Part shown: positions 32,302 through 44,937 of the stretch, in pieces
Layout: each line of letters begins with the position of its first letter
Numbering within the stretch: the stretch's first letter is position 1
NCBI GenBank assembly: GCA_963804645.1
Contig: CAWDRG010000017.1
Location: 512,001 to 576,000, forward strand
DNA length: 64,000 bases
Direction: 5' to 3'
Source of the DNA: an uncultured Bacillota bacterium
GTDB lineage: Bacteria; Sysuimicrobiota; Sysuimicrobiia; Sysuimicrobiales; Segetimicrobiaceae
Notes under the pieces: model-generated
Told to the model about the DNA's origin: nothing
Databases searched by the model: none
Seen by the model: the letters and a program-made list of their open reading frames with translations, nothing else
Translations under genes and position numbers: made by a program

Positions 32302-33639
32302 CTAGGCCTGCCCCGAGCCGTCCATCATTGGGCGGATCGACAGGATGGCGTGCTTGTAGACCAGCTCCGTGGCGCCCTGCACGTCGAGCAGCAGGCTGTA
32401 CGTCCCGACATCTCGCAGCACCGCGCGCGCCACCTCGTAGCCGTCCACGCAGCGCACGTGGACCGGCGTGCGGTTCGCGATGAGTGATTGATAAAACACG
32501 TCCTCCATGGAGTGCCGGTTCGGAGTCGTGGACGTGCTTCCGGCGCGCGGAGCTTCCTGTCGCACTGTCGCTGTCACCCCTTCCTGTCCGGGCCGAATGT
32601 CGCGTAAGTGTCGAATGATATCGGGGTCATCGGGGATGGGCGTCGTCCGTCCCGAGTTCGCCCGCGGCAGGGTCTCGGACACGCTGCCCACGCGCATGTC
32701 CACCGCGGTCGCGGTAGAGGCCCGTGTCCGCGAGCGTGACGCGGCCTCCGGCTCATGCCATTCCTCCAGCACCTCGCCCCCATCCACCTCGCTCCCCTCC
32801 TCGGACGCCGTCGGCGCGGGGGCGCGCGCGGTGCGTGGGTGCCGTTCGACCCATTCACCCTCGGACGGCGCTGCGTGCGACGGCGCGGGCGGGGTCCCGG
32901 CGTGCGGCGGCTCGACGCGCTCCGCGGATCGCGCGTACTGGCGCATCGCCTCGAGCCGCGCACGGCGATCGCCCACGGGCAGCGGCGTCGCCGTCAACCC
33001 CGCGCGCATCGCCCACTTGACGACGGCGTCGAGGGCCGCCTCCACCATCGCGTCGGACGTGGATTCGGCCTGCGCGATGCCGAGCGACGTCTCCGGACCG
33101 CGCGGCATCGCGATCGAGATGCCGCACAGCGCGGTCGGCCGGTTGACGAACATCACGAGCGACGCCTGCTGGACCGTGATTTTCCGGTGGGCGGGCTCGA
33201 GCGCATCGCGGGCCGCGTCGACCGTTGCGGCCGCCAGCGCGCGGAATCGGTGCTGCGAGCCGGCCCCGCCGCGCGCGCGTCCCGTCGACGTGCGGTCCTC
33301 GCCGCCGCGGGCCCACGCGAGTTGGACGGTCGCGGTCATCTCCGTGGCCGCGACCGTCTCCTCGACGCGGAGGATCTGAAACCGCGGCAGCTCGCCCGGC
33401 CCGATGCCGGCGCGCGGCTGCGTGACTTCGATCCGCCACGGTTCGATCGGAATTCCGTACGTGCTCACGAGCGCCGCCGCGATCCCGCGCCGCACGGCCC
33501 GGACGTCCGCGCCGTGTTCGGCCGTCACATACACCTTCGCGACCTCGCCGGCCGGCGTAGTGAACACCCGCGCCGCGGCGACGCCGTCGAGGGTCCCGAG
33601 AAAACGCTCGATCTCTTCGGCGAAGACTTCCTTGGGCAT
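32302..33639 (-). CDS. Uncharacterised multidomain protein with a C-terminal Hfq/Sm-like domain
   Basis: Two N-terminal alpha/beta domains, a disordered linker, then [26 protein letters not shown]...YSLLL...[13 protein letters not shown], which carries the Hfq YKHAI motif. An internal start at GTG 32565 is possible. Confidence 0.7.
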   Translation of the reverse strand: MPKEVFAEEIERFLGTLDGVAAARVFTTPAGEVAKVYVTAEHGADVRAVRRGIAAALVSTYGIPIEPWRIEVTQPRAGIGPGELPRFQILRVEETVAATEMTATVQLAWARGGEDRTSTGRARGGAGSQHRFRALAAATVDAARDALEPAHRKITVQQASLVMFVNRPTALCGISIAMPRGPETSLGIAQAESTSDAMVEAALDAVVKWAMRAGLTATPLPVGDRRARLEAMRQYARSAERVEPPHAGTPPAPSHAAPSEGEWVERHPRTARAPAPTASEEGSEVDGGEVLEEWHEPEAASRSRTRASTATAVDMRVGSVSETLPRANSGRTTPIPDDPDIIRHLRDIRPGQEGVTATVRQEAPRAGSTSTTPNRHSMEDVFYQSLIANRTPVHVRCVDGYEVARAVLRDVGTYSLLLDVQGATELVYKHAILSIRPMMDGSGQA

Positions 33640-33695
33640 GGTCGCGCTATTTTCTCCCAGACACGGGCGGCTCCCTGCCTGACTTCGTCCGGGGC

Positions 33696-33730
33696 GCCGC
33701 ATCGCACACCGCACGCGTGTGCGGTGCGGC
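33696..33730. terminator. Strong intergenic hairpin (possible terminator without a U-tract)
   Basis: GCCGCATCGCACAC-7 nt-GTGTGCGGTGCGGC, a 14-bp stem with one non-Watson-Crick pair, just after the GerMN stop. Confidence 0.4.
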
Positions 33731-33750
33731 CGGGCTCGGGAATAGCCGGC

Positions 33751-34349
33751 TCAGAACGCCGGCATCGTTGCGGGGCGCTCGATCGGGGCGTCCACCATGA
33801 CGCCCTCACCGCCCAGGGCCCGCACGCGGCGGCCGTCGATCATGATCTGCACGGCCCGCACGTCTGGCGTCTGCGTGGCCGTGTACACGAGCTGCCACAC
33901 CCGGGCCAGCATGCTCGTGCTGCCGCCGCCCTGGGCAAAGGACCCCGTCAGATCTACCGTGGCCGTCCCGCCGGCCACCTCGAGGCGCCGCAGCGACGTC
34001 CCGCGGGGCACCTCGCTGACCAGCCCCTCGCGCCGCTCCGCCGCCGACGGACCGGCCAGCAGCGCGCGCACCGCCGACGTGATCCGCGCCGCCGGCCCGC
34101 CCGAGGGGACGGTGCGGTGGACCGCGACGAGCGATCCGGTCTCCGCGCTCCCCGTGTAGCGGACGAAAAACACCTCGACCGTGGCCTCGGCGGGCGGGCG
34201 GTGCGGCAGGGATCCCGGCCCCCGCAGCAGCCGCGCGGCGATCAGCCCCCCGACGATCACCACCGCCAGGACCAGCAGCCACCACGGGCGGCTCGCCGTG
34301 CGCTTCCGGGCACGCCGGCGCTCCCCGCCGCCGCGGCGCCGTGCGGGCA

Positions 34350-34350
<1 letters not shown>
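33751..34350 (-). CDS. GerMN-domain membrane protein
   Basis: TM helix, then VFF...ALLAGPSAAE...SEVPRGTSL...ATVDLT-SF-QGGGS...QLVYTAT...VQIMIDG. Confidence 0.85.
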
Positions 34351-36883
<2,533 letters not shown>

Positions 36884-36908
36884 CTCATCTCCTCCGGCGG
36901 CTCGCGGG

Positions 36909-38137
36909 CTACGCCCGCGCGAGCACGCGCTCCTCAAACGATGCCAGCGTCGGTTTGATCGTAATGGACGCTTCCACCACGTGCTCGACCGCCTCGATCG
37001 CCTTCAGCCCGATCCCCGAGATGATGGCCACGGTCACTTCGTCGGGGTCGATCACGCCGGCCTGCGCCAGCTTGCGCAGGACCCCCACCGTGACGCCGCC
37101 CGCCGGCTCGGTGAACAACCCTTCCGTCTCGGCGAGCAGCCGGATCGCGTCGATGATCTCGGCGTCGGTCACCGCCTCCGCCGCGCCGCCGCTGCGGCGG
37201 ACCAGATCCAGGACATACCCGCCGTCCGCGGGGCTGCCGATCGCGAGCGAGTGCGCGACCGTGTTGGGCCGGACCGGGATCACCGCCTCCGCGCGGTTGC
37301 GGTACGCGGTCACGACCGGACCGCACCCCTCGGGCTGCGCGGCCGTCATCCGGACCGTGTGCTCCGGGATCACCCCGAGGTCGCTGAAACTCCTGAAACC
37401 CCTTGTGGATCTTCATGAACATGTTGCCCGAGCCGATCGGCACGATCACGCGGTCGGGCGCCCGCCACCCGAGCTGCTCCGCGACCTCGAACCCGAGCGT
37501 CTTCGCGCCCTCGGAGTAGTACGGGCGGAGGTTAACGTTGGCGATCGCCCCAGTGGTGCTCCTCGCCGACCTCGAGGCACAGCCGGTTGACGTCGTCGTA
37601 CGTCCCCTCGACCTCGACGACGATGGGGTGATAGATCGCGGACCCAATCACCTTCGCGCGTTCGATCCCCTTCGGGATGAACACGACCGCGCGCAACCCG
37701 GCTTTGGCCGCGTGCGCGGCGACGGCGTTCGCGAGATTGCCGGTCGACGCGCACGACAGGACGTCGAAGTGGAACCGCTTCGACGTGGCGACCGCCATCG
37801 CGACGACCCGGTCCTTGAACGACCACGTCGGGTTTCGGGTGTCGTTTTTCAGGTACAGCTGCTTCAGGCCGAGCACCTTGCCGAGGCGATCCGCCTTGAC
37901 GAGCGGCGTGAACCCGGGGGCGAGATCCCACTCGGGCACGCGCTCCGCGGGCAGCAACGCCTCGTACCGCCACAACGAAGCCGGACCACGCGCGATCTGC
38001 TCACGAAGTGCGGGGCCGGTCAGCTTTCCAAGATCGTACTGCGCTTCCAGCGGGCCGAAACACTCCTCGCATACGAAGATCGGCTCAACCGGATAGCGCT
38101 TCCCGCACTCCCGGCACGCGAGCCCGACAACGGCCAT
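36909..38137 (-). CDS. Threonine-synthase-like PLP enzyme (apparent +1 frameshifts near 37550 and 37388)
   Basis: N-terminal CxxC...CxxC, NPTWSFKDR (PLP lysine), CASTGNLANAVAA, GTYDDVNRLC, NVNLRPYYSEGAKT, SLAIGSPADG, FTEPAGG, spread over three frames. Confidence 0.88.
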
Positions 38138-38228
38138 CTCTCCCCTCCCCTTTCACTCCTGCCGACCGCAGTCTGGCTGCTCCCTGTCGGGAACAGGCGG
38201 TCGCCCGGAGGCGCAGATTCTACCGCAC

Positions 38229-38258
38229 AACAAAAAGCCCCCTCCAACTCCGAGGGGG
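38229..38258 (-). terminator. Riboswitch expression-platform terminator
   Basis: CCCCCTC-GGAGTTG-GAGGGGG followed by CTTTTTGTT. Confidence 0.8.
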
Positions 38259-38267
38259 ATCTCTCCC

Positions 38268-38376
38268 TCTTATCTACCGGAATTGGATCTTCCGCGGGAG
38301 TTAGCACCACACCAGGTGGGAGCCTGGTAGGCTGCCGGGTGTCATCGGGCCCGTCCCTCAACCACTCTTGATAAGG
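38268..38376 (-). ncRNA. SAM-I (S-box) riboswitch
   Basis: CTTATCAAGAGTGGTTGAGGGACGGGCCCGATGACACCCGGCAGCC...GGTGCTAACTCC...AGATAAG matches the SAM-I P1, kink-turn and P3 pattern. Confidence 0.93.
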
Positions 38377-38395
38377 AAGCTATGAAATTGATGTT

Positions 38396-38424
38396 AGACT
38401 AGCAACTCCCTGTTTTGCTGTCAA
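38396..38424 (-). promoter_or_regulatory. Sigma-70 promoter upstream of the SAM-I riboswitch
   Basis: TTGACA-17 bp-TAGTCT. Confidence 0.7.
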
Positions 38425-38562
38425 GAGCAGGTCATGCGCCGGTGATCGGCCGGTGTCTGTCACCCGCGCACGCGCCCTGCGCGGCGACGCGGCCGCCCCG
38501 ACGCCTTGCGTGCGTGTTCGGTCCGGCGCGCCCCGCGCGCGACCGAAGCGGCCGTGTGCGGG

Positions 38563-38571
38563 TGGTATACT
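38563..38571 (+). promoter_or_regulatory. Extended -10 promoter of lgt (probably leaderless)
   Basis: TGgTATACT ends 7 nt before ATG 38579; no SD is present. Confidence 0.6.
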
Positions 38572-38578
38572 GGCCCCG

Positions 38579-39352
38579 ATGCATCCGGTCCTCTTCCATC
38601 TCGGTCCCCTCACACTTCGGTGGTACGGCGTCATGATGGGGCTCGCGCTGTTCCTCTCGGTCCCGATGACGGCGTACTTCGGCGAACGGTTCGGCATCCC
38701 GCGGGTCCTCCTCACGGAGCATCTCGCGCTCCCGCTGCTGGCGGTGCTGCTGATCGGCGCGCGGCTCGGCTACGTGGTGTCGCACCTCTCCGAGTTCGCC
38801 GGCGATCCGCTCGCGATCATCCTGCCGCCCTACGCCGGCCTCGCCTCCCACGGATCGATCGCCGCGGGCTTCGTGTTTCTCGCCTGGTGGTGCCGGCGCT
38901 ACCGGCAGCCGCTGTGGCGGGTCCTGGACGCGATGACCCCCGCGCTCCTGGTCGCCATCATGCTCGTCCGCTGGGGGAACTTCATGAACGGCGAGCTGCT
39001 CGGCGATCCGACGTCGCTGCCGTGGGGTGTGGCGATTCCGGGGCTGCCCGGCGGCCGCCTGCATCCGCTCCCGGTCTACGAGATCATCGGGACGGGGGCG
39101 ATCCTCGCGTGGATCCTGCCGCGCGCCGCGCATCGACCGTTCGACGGCGCGCTGTTCTGGTCGGCGATCATCGCCTCGTCCGTGCTGCGATTCGTGCTGG
39201 ACCTGCTGCGCAGCGAGGACCGCACCGCGGTGTTCCTGACGCTCGGCCAGATGGCCGCCCTCGTGCTGATCATCTGGGGCGCCTGGTTCCTCGCCCGCGG
39301 CTATCGACGTGCCGCGGCGCGGCCCTCACCGGAGCGGGCGCCCGGTCCCTAG
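38579..39352 (+). CDS. lgt: Prolipoprotein diacylglyceryl transferase
   Basis: MHPVLFHLGPLTLRWYG, IGARLGYV, LASHG, RWGNFMNGE, LPWG, HPLPVYE. Confidence 0.92.
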   Translation: MHPVLFHLGPLTLRWYGVMMGLALFLSVPMTAYFGERFGIPRVLLTEHLALPLLAVLLIGARLGYVVSHLSEFAGDPLAIILPPYAGLASHGSIAAGFVFLAWWCRRYRQPLWRVLDAMTPALLVAIMLVRWGNFMNGELLGDPTSLPWGVAIPGLPGGRLHPLPVYEIIGTGAILAWILPRAAHRPFDGALFWSAIIASSVLRFVLDLLRSEDRTAVFLTLGQMAALVLIIWGAWFLARGYRRAAARPSPERAPGP

Positions 39353-39388
39353 CGGGGCGTCGCGGCCGGGGACGGCGGTCCGGGACGG

Positions 39389-40639
39389 CTACGGCGACGG
39401 GTGGCGCGCGTCATAGCGATCGAACTCCGGCACCGCGGCCGCGAGCACCCCCACGCCGATCATGCACGCCAGTCCTCCGGACACAATCGAGAACGGCACG
39501 CTGACGAGCGAGGCCACGACGCCCGCCTCCAAATTTCCGAGCTCGGGGCCGGTGGTCACGACGGCCTGCTCCATGCCGCTCAGCCGGCCCCGCATCCCGT
39601 CGTGGACCACCGTCAGCGCGATGGCGTCTCGAAACACGGCGCTCACAAAGTCGGCGCCGCCGGCGAGCACGAGGAACGCCAGCATCCACCCCAGCGATCC
39701 CGCGAGGCCGAACGCCACGATGGCGGCCCCCCACACCAGCACCGCCGCCATCACGACGCGCCCCTGGCGCCGCACTTGCGCGATGCCTCCGCTCAGGAGC
39801 GACGCGAGCAGCGCGCCCGCGTAGGGCGCGGCGTAGAGATAGCCGAGGACCTGCGCGCCTCCGCCCACGCGCTCCGCGATCGCCGGAAACAGCGACGTCG
39901 GCATGCCGAACACCATCGCGTTGAGGTCGACGGCGAACGTGGACTGGAGCACCCGCCGGCCGCGGAGGAAGCGCAGCCCTTCTCGGATCGACGCGAGGCC
40001 CGGGCGCGGCGTGCCGCGGGCGGGCGGCACCGGCGCCATCGCCGCGAGCGTCGCGAGCGCGACCAGAAACGCCGCGGCGTCCACGAGGTAGGCCCCCCCG
40101 ACCCCGATCCGCGCGATCAATACCCCGCCGACCACGGGCCCGATCAGCGACGCGGCGCTGCTGTTGACGCTCGTGAGCGCGAGCGCCGCGGGGAGCTTGG
40201 TGAGCGGCACCAGCCGCGGCACGATCGAGCCACTCCCCGGGGAGAGCAGCGCCGAGATTCCCACCGCCGCGGCGGCCAGGACGTAGATGATCCACAGACG
40301 CGGGACGGTGACGGCGTTGGCCGCGAGTGCCAGGGAGCACGCGGCGGCGCCTCCCTGCGCGCACAGGAGCAGCTTGCGCCGATCCACCGCATCCGCGATC
40401 GCCCCGCCCGGCAGCGAACACGCAAGCAGCGGCACGATCCGCACGAGCGCCAGCAGGCCGACCGCGAGCGACGACCCCGTGAGCCGGTACACCTGGAACG
40501 CGAGCGCGACCTGGGTCAGGTGGTCGGCGATGCCCGAGACGGACTGCCCGAGCCAGAACAGCCTGAATTCCCGCGACTCGCGCAGCAGCGCCGAGTCGAC
40601 GACGTGGGCCCGGAGCCGTTTGACGGGTCCGGCGCTCAT
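39389..40639 (-). CDS. MFS transporter (EntS/DHA3-like)
   Basis: 12-TM profile, FRLFWLGQ, GAIADAVDRRKLL, DLNAMVFGMP, MRGRLSG. Confidence 0.88.
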   Translation of the reverse strand: MSAGPVKRLRAHVVDSALLRESREFRLFWLGQSVSGIADHLTQVALAFQVYRLTGSSLAVGLLALVRIVPLLACSLPGGAIADAVDRRKLLLCAQGGAAACSLALAANAVTVPRLWIIYVLAAAAVGISALLSPGSGSIVPRLVPLTKLPAALALTSVNSSAASLIGPVVGGVLIARIGVGGAYLVDAAAFLVALATLAAMAPVPPARGTPRPGLASIREGLRFLRGRRVLQSTFAVDLNAMVFGMPTSLFPAIAERVGGGAQVLGYLYAAPYAGALLASLLSGGIAQVRRQGRVVMAAVLVWGAAIVAFGLAGSLGWMLAFLVLAGGADFVSAVFRDAIALTVVHDGMRGRLSGMEQAVVTTGPELGNLEAGVVASLVSVPFSIVSGGLACMIGVGVLAAAVPEFDRYDARHPSP

Positions 40640-40657
40640 CGGCGGCCTGCGACCGCG

Positions 40658-42103
40658 TTACGACGTCGCGGAGTTCGCAGACACCCGCTCCGCCGCGGCA
40701 CCGCCTCGGGGATCCGCGTCGCCGAAGTTCATCATCCGGAGGCTGCTCACCACGCTCGCCACCGCGGCAAAGCACGCCGCGACCACGACCGCGAGGGTCG
40801 CGGCGTGCCCCGCCCGGCCGCCGTGCGCGACCACCCCGAAGATCAGCGCCACCAGCGCCGCCCCGATGGTCTGCCCGAGCAGGCGGGCCATGCTGACCAC
40901 CCCGCCGGCGTTGCCGGACCGAGACCGCGGGACGCTGGTGATGATCGCGCGGTTGTTCGGAGATTGGAAAAATCCGAATCCGAGCCCGCAGATCGTCATG
41001 CGCCAGACGATGTCCGCGGTCGTCGGATGCGCGGGGAGCAGCGCGACGAGCACGAGCCCGACCGCGAGGACGGCCAGCCCAACCCCGCCCAACACGCCGG
41101 CCGGATGACGGTCGGCAAGGCGGCCGGCGAACGGGGCCGCCACGCCCACCGCGATCGGCCAGGGCGTCAAGAGGAGCCCGGTCTCGACCTGCGACCGCCC
41201 GAGGACGTCCTGGAAGTAGAACGGCATCGCCACGAACGCGATCCCCTGCGCGGTAAAGGAGCACGTCGACGTCAGCGCCGAGAGCGCAAAGATCGGCCGG
41301 CGGAAGAGGTCGACCGGCAGGATCGGCACCGTCAGTGATTCCTGCCGGCGCACCAGGATCACGCCCACCGTCACCGCGCCGGCGAGTTCCGCCAGGACGA
41401 TCGGAAGGCCGAGGGCGTGCCCGAAGCTGTCGATGCCGGTGATCAGCAGGCCGAAGGTCAGGGCGCTCAGCACCGCGCTCGGCAGATCGAAATGGTCCCC
41501 CGACGGTTCGGTGTACGGCAGCGAGCGCAGGGCGAGCGTCAGCGCCACGATGCCGATCGGCACGTTGATCAGGAACAGCCACTGCCAGTGCGCGACCGCG
41601 AGCACGCCAGAGGCGATCGTGGGGCCGGCGGCCGAGGACGTCGCGATCACCAGCGTGTTGATGCCGATGCCCTGCCCCAGGAGCTTCTGCGGATACGTGT
41701 AGCGCACGAGCGCGGCGTTGACCGACATGATCCCCGCCGCCCCAAACCCCTGGAGCGCCCGCGCGAGCGCGAGCATCGGCAGCGTGGACGACAGCGCGCA
41801 CAGCAGCGAGGCGAGGGTAAACACGGCGAGGCCCATCCAGTAGATCCGCCGGTAGCCCATGATGTCGCCGAGGGACGCCAGCGGCGCCAGGCTCACCATC
41901 GCCGTCAGCTGGTAGGCGTTGACGACCCAGATCGACGACGCGGCGCTCGCGTGAAGATCCCGCGCGATCGTGGGCAGCGCCACGTTCGCGATCGCCCCGT
42001 CGAGACCGGCCATCGTGAGCGCCGTCGCGACGGTGGCCGCGGCCCAGTAGCGCTGGGGAATCGGGAGGCCGTCCGGCGCGTCCGACACGTCTCGTTCAGC
42101 CAT
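40658..42103 (-). CDS. MFS transporter (DHA2, 14-TM drug/H+ antiporter-like)
   Basis: LDGAIANVALPTIA, WVVNAYQL, ARALQGFG, WLFLINVPIG, FQSPNN. Confidence 0.9.
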   Translation of the reverse strand: MAERDVSDAPDGLPIPQRYWAAATVATALTMAGLDGAIANVALPTIARDLHASAASSIWVVNAYQLTAMVSLAPLASLGDIMGYRRIYWMGLAVFTLASLLCALSSTLPMLALARALQGFGAAGIMSVNAALVRYTYPQKLLGQGIGINTLVIATSSAAGPTIASGVLAVAHWQWLFLINVPIGIVALTLALRSLPYTEPSGDHFDLPSAVLSALTFGLLITGIDSFGHALGLPIVLAELAGAVTVGVILVRRQESLTVPILPVDLFRRPIFALSALTSTCSFTAQGIAFVAMPFYFQDVLGRSQVETGLLLTPWPIAVGVAAPFAGRLADRHPAGVLGGVGLAVLAVGLVLVALLPAHPTTADIVWRMTICGLGFGFFQSPNNRAIITSVPRSRSGNAGGVVSMARLLGQTIGAALVALIFGVVAHGGRAGHAATLAVVVAACFAAVASVVSSLRMMNFGDADPRGGAAAERVSANSATS

Positions 42104-42263
42104 CGGGCCTCCGGGAACTTGGCAGGATGTGACGCGAACGACCCCGTCCGTCGCCGGGACGTCCGGGATCGCGTGTCACCATTTCGCGATCGGAGGATCG
42201 ATTCCCCACGGGTCGGCCCCGCGGCCGTGCCCGACGAACGGGATACACGCGCGCGCCGCGCCC

Positions 42264-43892
42264 CTACGGTCTGGCGTACCAGTTTGCGGCGTCGCGGAAC
42301 ACGCCGAGGAAGCGCGGCACCGCGCCGCCGAGCTGCTTGACGTCCACCGCCCCGATGGAGTCGCGATAGTACAGGAGCACGACGGGCACGTCGGTGTTCA
42401 CGATCTCCTGGATCCGGTTCAAGAGCGGCTGCTGCTTGCGAGGATCCACGGTCTGGCGCGCCTCGTCCAGCAACCGATCCATCTCGGGATTGGAATACTG
42501 GCCGCTGTTCACCCCCGTGGTGATCGCCCCCGTGCTGAACCGCCGGCTGAGATCCGGATCGTTGTAGCCCCGGTTCCCGACGATCGCGAGGTCGAAGTCA
42601 TGGGTCACGACCAGGCGGTGCACCGCGGTGGCAAAGTCCGTCTGCTCGATCGTCACGTTGAACCCGGCGGTCCGGAGCATCTGCGTCACGACGGTGCCCA
42701 CGGCCGTCACCGTCGAGTCCCCGGTCGGGACGAGGAACCGGAGGGGGGCGCTCGCGTCGTAGTGCGCCTCCTGCAGCAGCTGCTTGGCGTGGGCCGGGTC
42801 GTACGTGTACGGATTCAGCGACTTGTCGTACCACGGCGTAAACGACGCGAACGGCGAGTAGGCGACCCGGCCCATCCCCAGGAGCACGTTCGCCACGATG
42901 GACTCGCGGTCGATCGCGTACATCATGGCCTGCCGGATGCGGACGTCGTCCAGCGGCTTCCGCTTCAGATTGGGGTAGATGACTGTGCCGGTCGTATTCG
43001 GGTACGAGGTGACCGCGATGTCGGGATTCCGCTTCAAGAGCGGCACATCTAGCGGCGGCAGCTCGCCGGTGCCCTCGCCAGGAATCACCTGCAGCTCCCC
43101 GCGCTCCAGCTCGGCGACGGCCGTCTCCGGGGTCAAGATCTTGATGTAGAGGTGATCGAGGGACGGCCGACGGCCGTAATAGTACGGGTTCCGCGCCAGC
43201 GTCACCAGCGTGTCGGTCTGATAGCTCGTGACCGCAAACGGACCGGAGGCCACCGACGGCACGCGCGCGAGGTCGCTCTTTTGGAGCAGCGAGAACGGCA
43301 CGGCCTGCAGGCTGTGGCGCGGCAGCGGCATCAGCTCGGTGCCGAACAGATCGAGGAAATCGGCCGAAGGCGCCACGGTGGTCACCTGGAAGACACGGTC
43401 GCTGACGATCTTGAATCCCGCGACCGCGGCGCTCTTGCCGCTCTTCCGCTCCGCGGCGCCCACGATCTCGGCGACCTCGTTCACCTTGTCGCTCGTCGTG
43501 TCCGGAGAAGACACGGCGAGCACCGTGTACTCAAAGTCCTGCGCCGTGATCGGGACGCCGTCGCTCCACCGGAGTCCCGGCCGCAGCGTGAACGTGTACG
43601 TCCGCCCGTCCGGGGAGATCGACCAGCGCTCGGCCAGGTCGGGAATCATCCGCAGATTGGGACTGTAGCTGATCAGCGACCGGTTCCCCACCTGGGAGAC
43701 CGTGATCGCAAACCCCGTCGCCGTGAAGTCGGGCAGGATCACGCTGCCGGGGGCCCCGAAGATCGCCATCGAGGCGTCCCCGCCGGCGCGCGGCTCGCCG
43801 AGCCCGCGGCCCGGCATCCCGAGCCCAATCGCCCCACACAGCCCCGCGCTCACGATCACGGCCAGCGCTGCCCGCAACGGGCCTCGCGTCAT
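42264..43892 (-). CDS. Peptide/nickel ABC transporter substrate-binding protein (family 5)
   Basis: Signal peptide, PDLAERWSISPDGRTYTFTLRPGLRWSDG, SGPF, DVRIRQAM-YAIDR, YDPAHAKQLL. Confidence 0.92.
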   Translation of the reverse strand: MTRGPLRAALAVIVSAGLCGAIGLGMPGRGLGEPRAGGDASMAIFGAPGSVILPDFTATGFAITVSQVGNRSLISYSPNLRMIPDLAERWSISPDGRTYTFTLRPGLRWSDGVPITAQDFEYTVLAVSSPDTTSDKVNEVAEIVGAAERKSGKSAAVAGFKIVSDRVFQVTTVAPSADFLDLFGTELMPLPRHSLQAVPFSLLQKSDLARVPSVASGPFAVTSYQTDTLVTLARNPYYYGRRPSLDHLYIKILTPETAVAELERGELQVIPGEGTGELPPLDVPLLKRNPDIAVTSYPNTTGTVIYPNLKRKPLDDVRIRQAMMYAIDRESIVANVLLGMGRVAYSPFASFTPWYDKSLNPYTYDPAHAKQLLQEAHYDASAPLRFLVPTGDSTVTAVGTVVTQMLRTAGFNVTIEQTDFATAVHRLVVTHDFDLAIVGNRGYNDPDLSRRFSTGAITTGVNSGQYSNPEMDRLLDEARQTVDPRKQQPLLNRIQEIVNTDVPVVLLYYRDSIGAVDVKQLGGAVPRFLGVFRDAANWYARP

Positions 43893-43975
43893 CTCGATCG
43901 CCTCCTCATCGCACCCACGGGCTCTCGCGAGGTTGAGGGAGCCCCGCGGCACGGGTTGTCGGCCGCCACGGTACC

Positions 43976-44890
43976 TCATGGGGGCGGCAGGGTCAAGGAC
44001 AGCACGTCCTTCGACATCTCCATGCGCACCGTCATCCACGGGTCCACCACCTGGCTGATGCGCAGATCGCCGGCCAGGCTCGTCAGCATATACGCGGCTT
44101 CGCGGGTGATCCCCCGCGCGCGGACGAGCAGCCCCACCATGTCCGCCGTCGCGAGGTGGCAGGCGCCTTCGAGTGTCGGCGCGCTGGCGATCGTCATCCA
44201 GGAGCGCGGGGTCTCGAGCAGCGGGCGGGCCGTGCGCCACCCTTTCACCAGGACGAACCGCATCACCACCGTGATCGGGACCCCGAGCCCCGTCCCCGCC
44301 ACCTCCCCGTCGCCCATGACGCCCTTGGGATCGCCCAGGCCGAACAGCGCCCCGGGCGCGCTGACCGGAAAGTACACCGTCGCGCCCCGCCGGATGTCGG
44401 TCGTGTCGAGGTTGCCCCCGTGATCGCCCGGCATGATGGTGCTGATCCCGGGCCCCGCCGGCGCCACGCCGATTGTGCCGATGCACGGGTCAAGCGGCAG
44501 CCGCACCCCCTCGTCGAACTGGACCGCCCCATCCGCGACCCGGCAGATCCGCGTGTGCGCCTCGGGGTAGCGGTCGCGCAGCAGCCCGAACCCGGGGATG
44601 ATCAGCACGTAGCCCCGCGGCGCGTCTACGCGGATCTCGCGGAGCTCGACGCCCAGGGTGTCGGTCACCTCGGCGCCTTCGACGTAGATCGGCCCGACGA
44701 CCGGATTCACGTGATCCGGGTCGACGGCGCGGTAAAGGTCGTCCGGCCGCTGGATCGTGCCGGCCATACCGTCCGGGACGTCCACCTCGATCCATTCCCC
44801 CGGACGCACCCGCCACGCCGGCGGCAGCGCGGCGTCGAACCGGTACGAGAGATGACTGGCGGAGATTCTGCGATCGATCGGCGTGGGCAT
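43976..44890 (-). CDS. Acetamidase/formamidase family protein
   Basis: NPVVGPIYVEGA, PCIGTIGVAP, HGGNLD, MGDGEVAGTG, AYMLTSLAGDLRISQVVDP. Confidence 0.88.
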   Translation of the reverse strand: MPTPIDRRISASHLSYRFDAALPPAWRVRPGEWIEVDVPDGMAGTIQRPDDLYRAVDPDHVNPVVGPIYVEGAEVTDTLGVELREIRVDAPRGYVLIIPGFGLLRDRYPEAHTRICRVADGAVQFDEGVRLPLDPCIGTIGVAPAGPGISTIMPGDHGGNLDTTDIRRGATVYFPVSAPGALFGLGDPKGVMGDGEVAGTGLGVPITVVMRFVLVKGWRTARPLLETPRSWMTIASAPTLEGACHLATADMVGLLVRARGITREAAYMLTSLAGDLRISQVVDPWMTVRMEMSKDVLSLTLPPP

Positions 44891-44937
44891 CCCGTCCCCT
44901 CCCGTCATCGTCGAGGCGATCCGCCGCCTCGGGGATC

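Noticed and set aside
36909..38137. Pseudogene or programmed-frameshift interpretation of the broken genes
   Set aside because: No shared slippery motif was seen, coding sequence is intact on both sides of each break, and the riboswitch and promoter are intact. Sequencing error is the simpler explanation.
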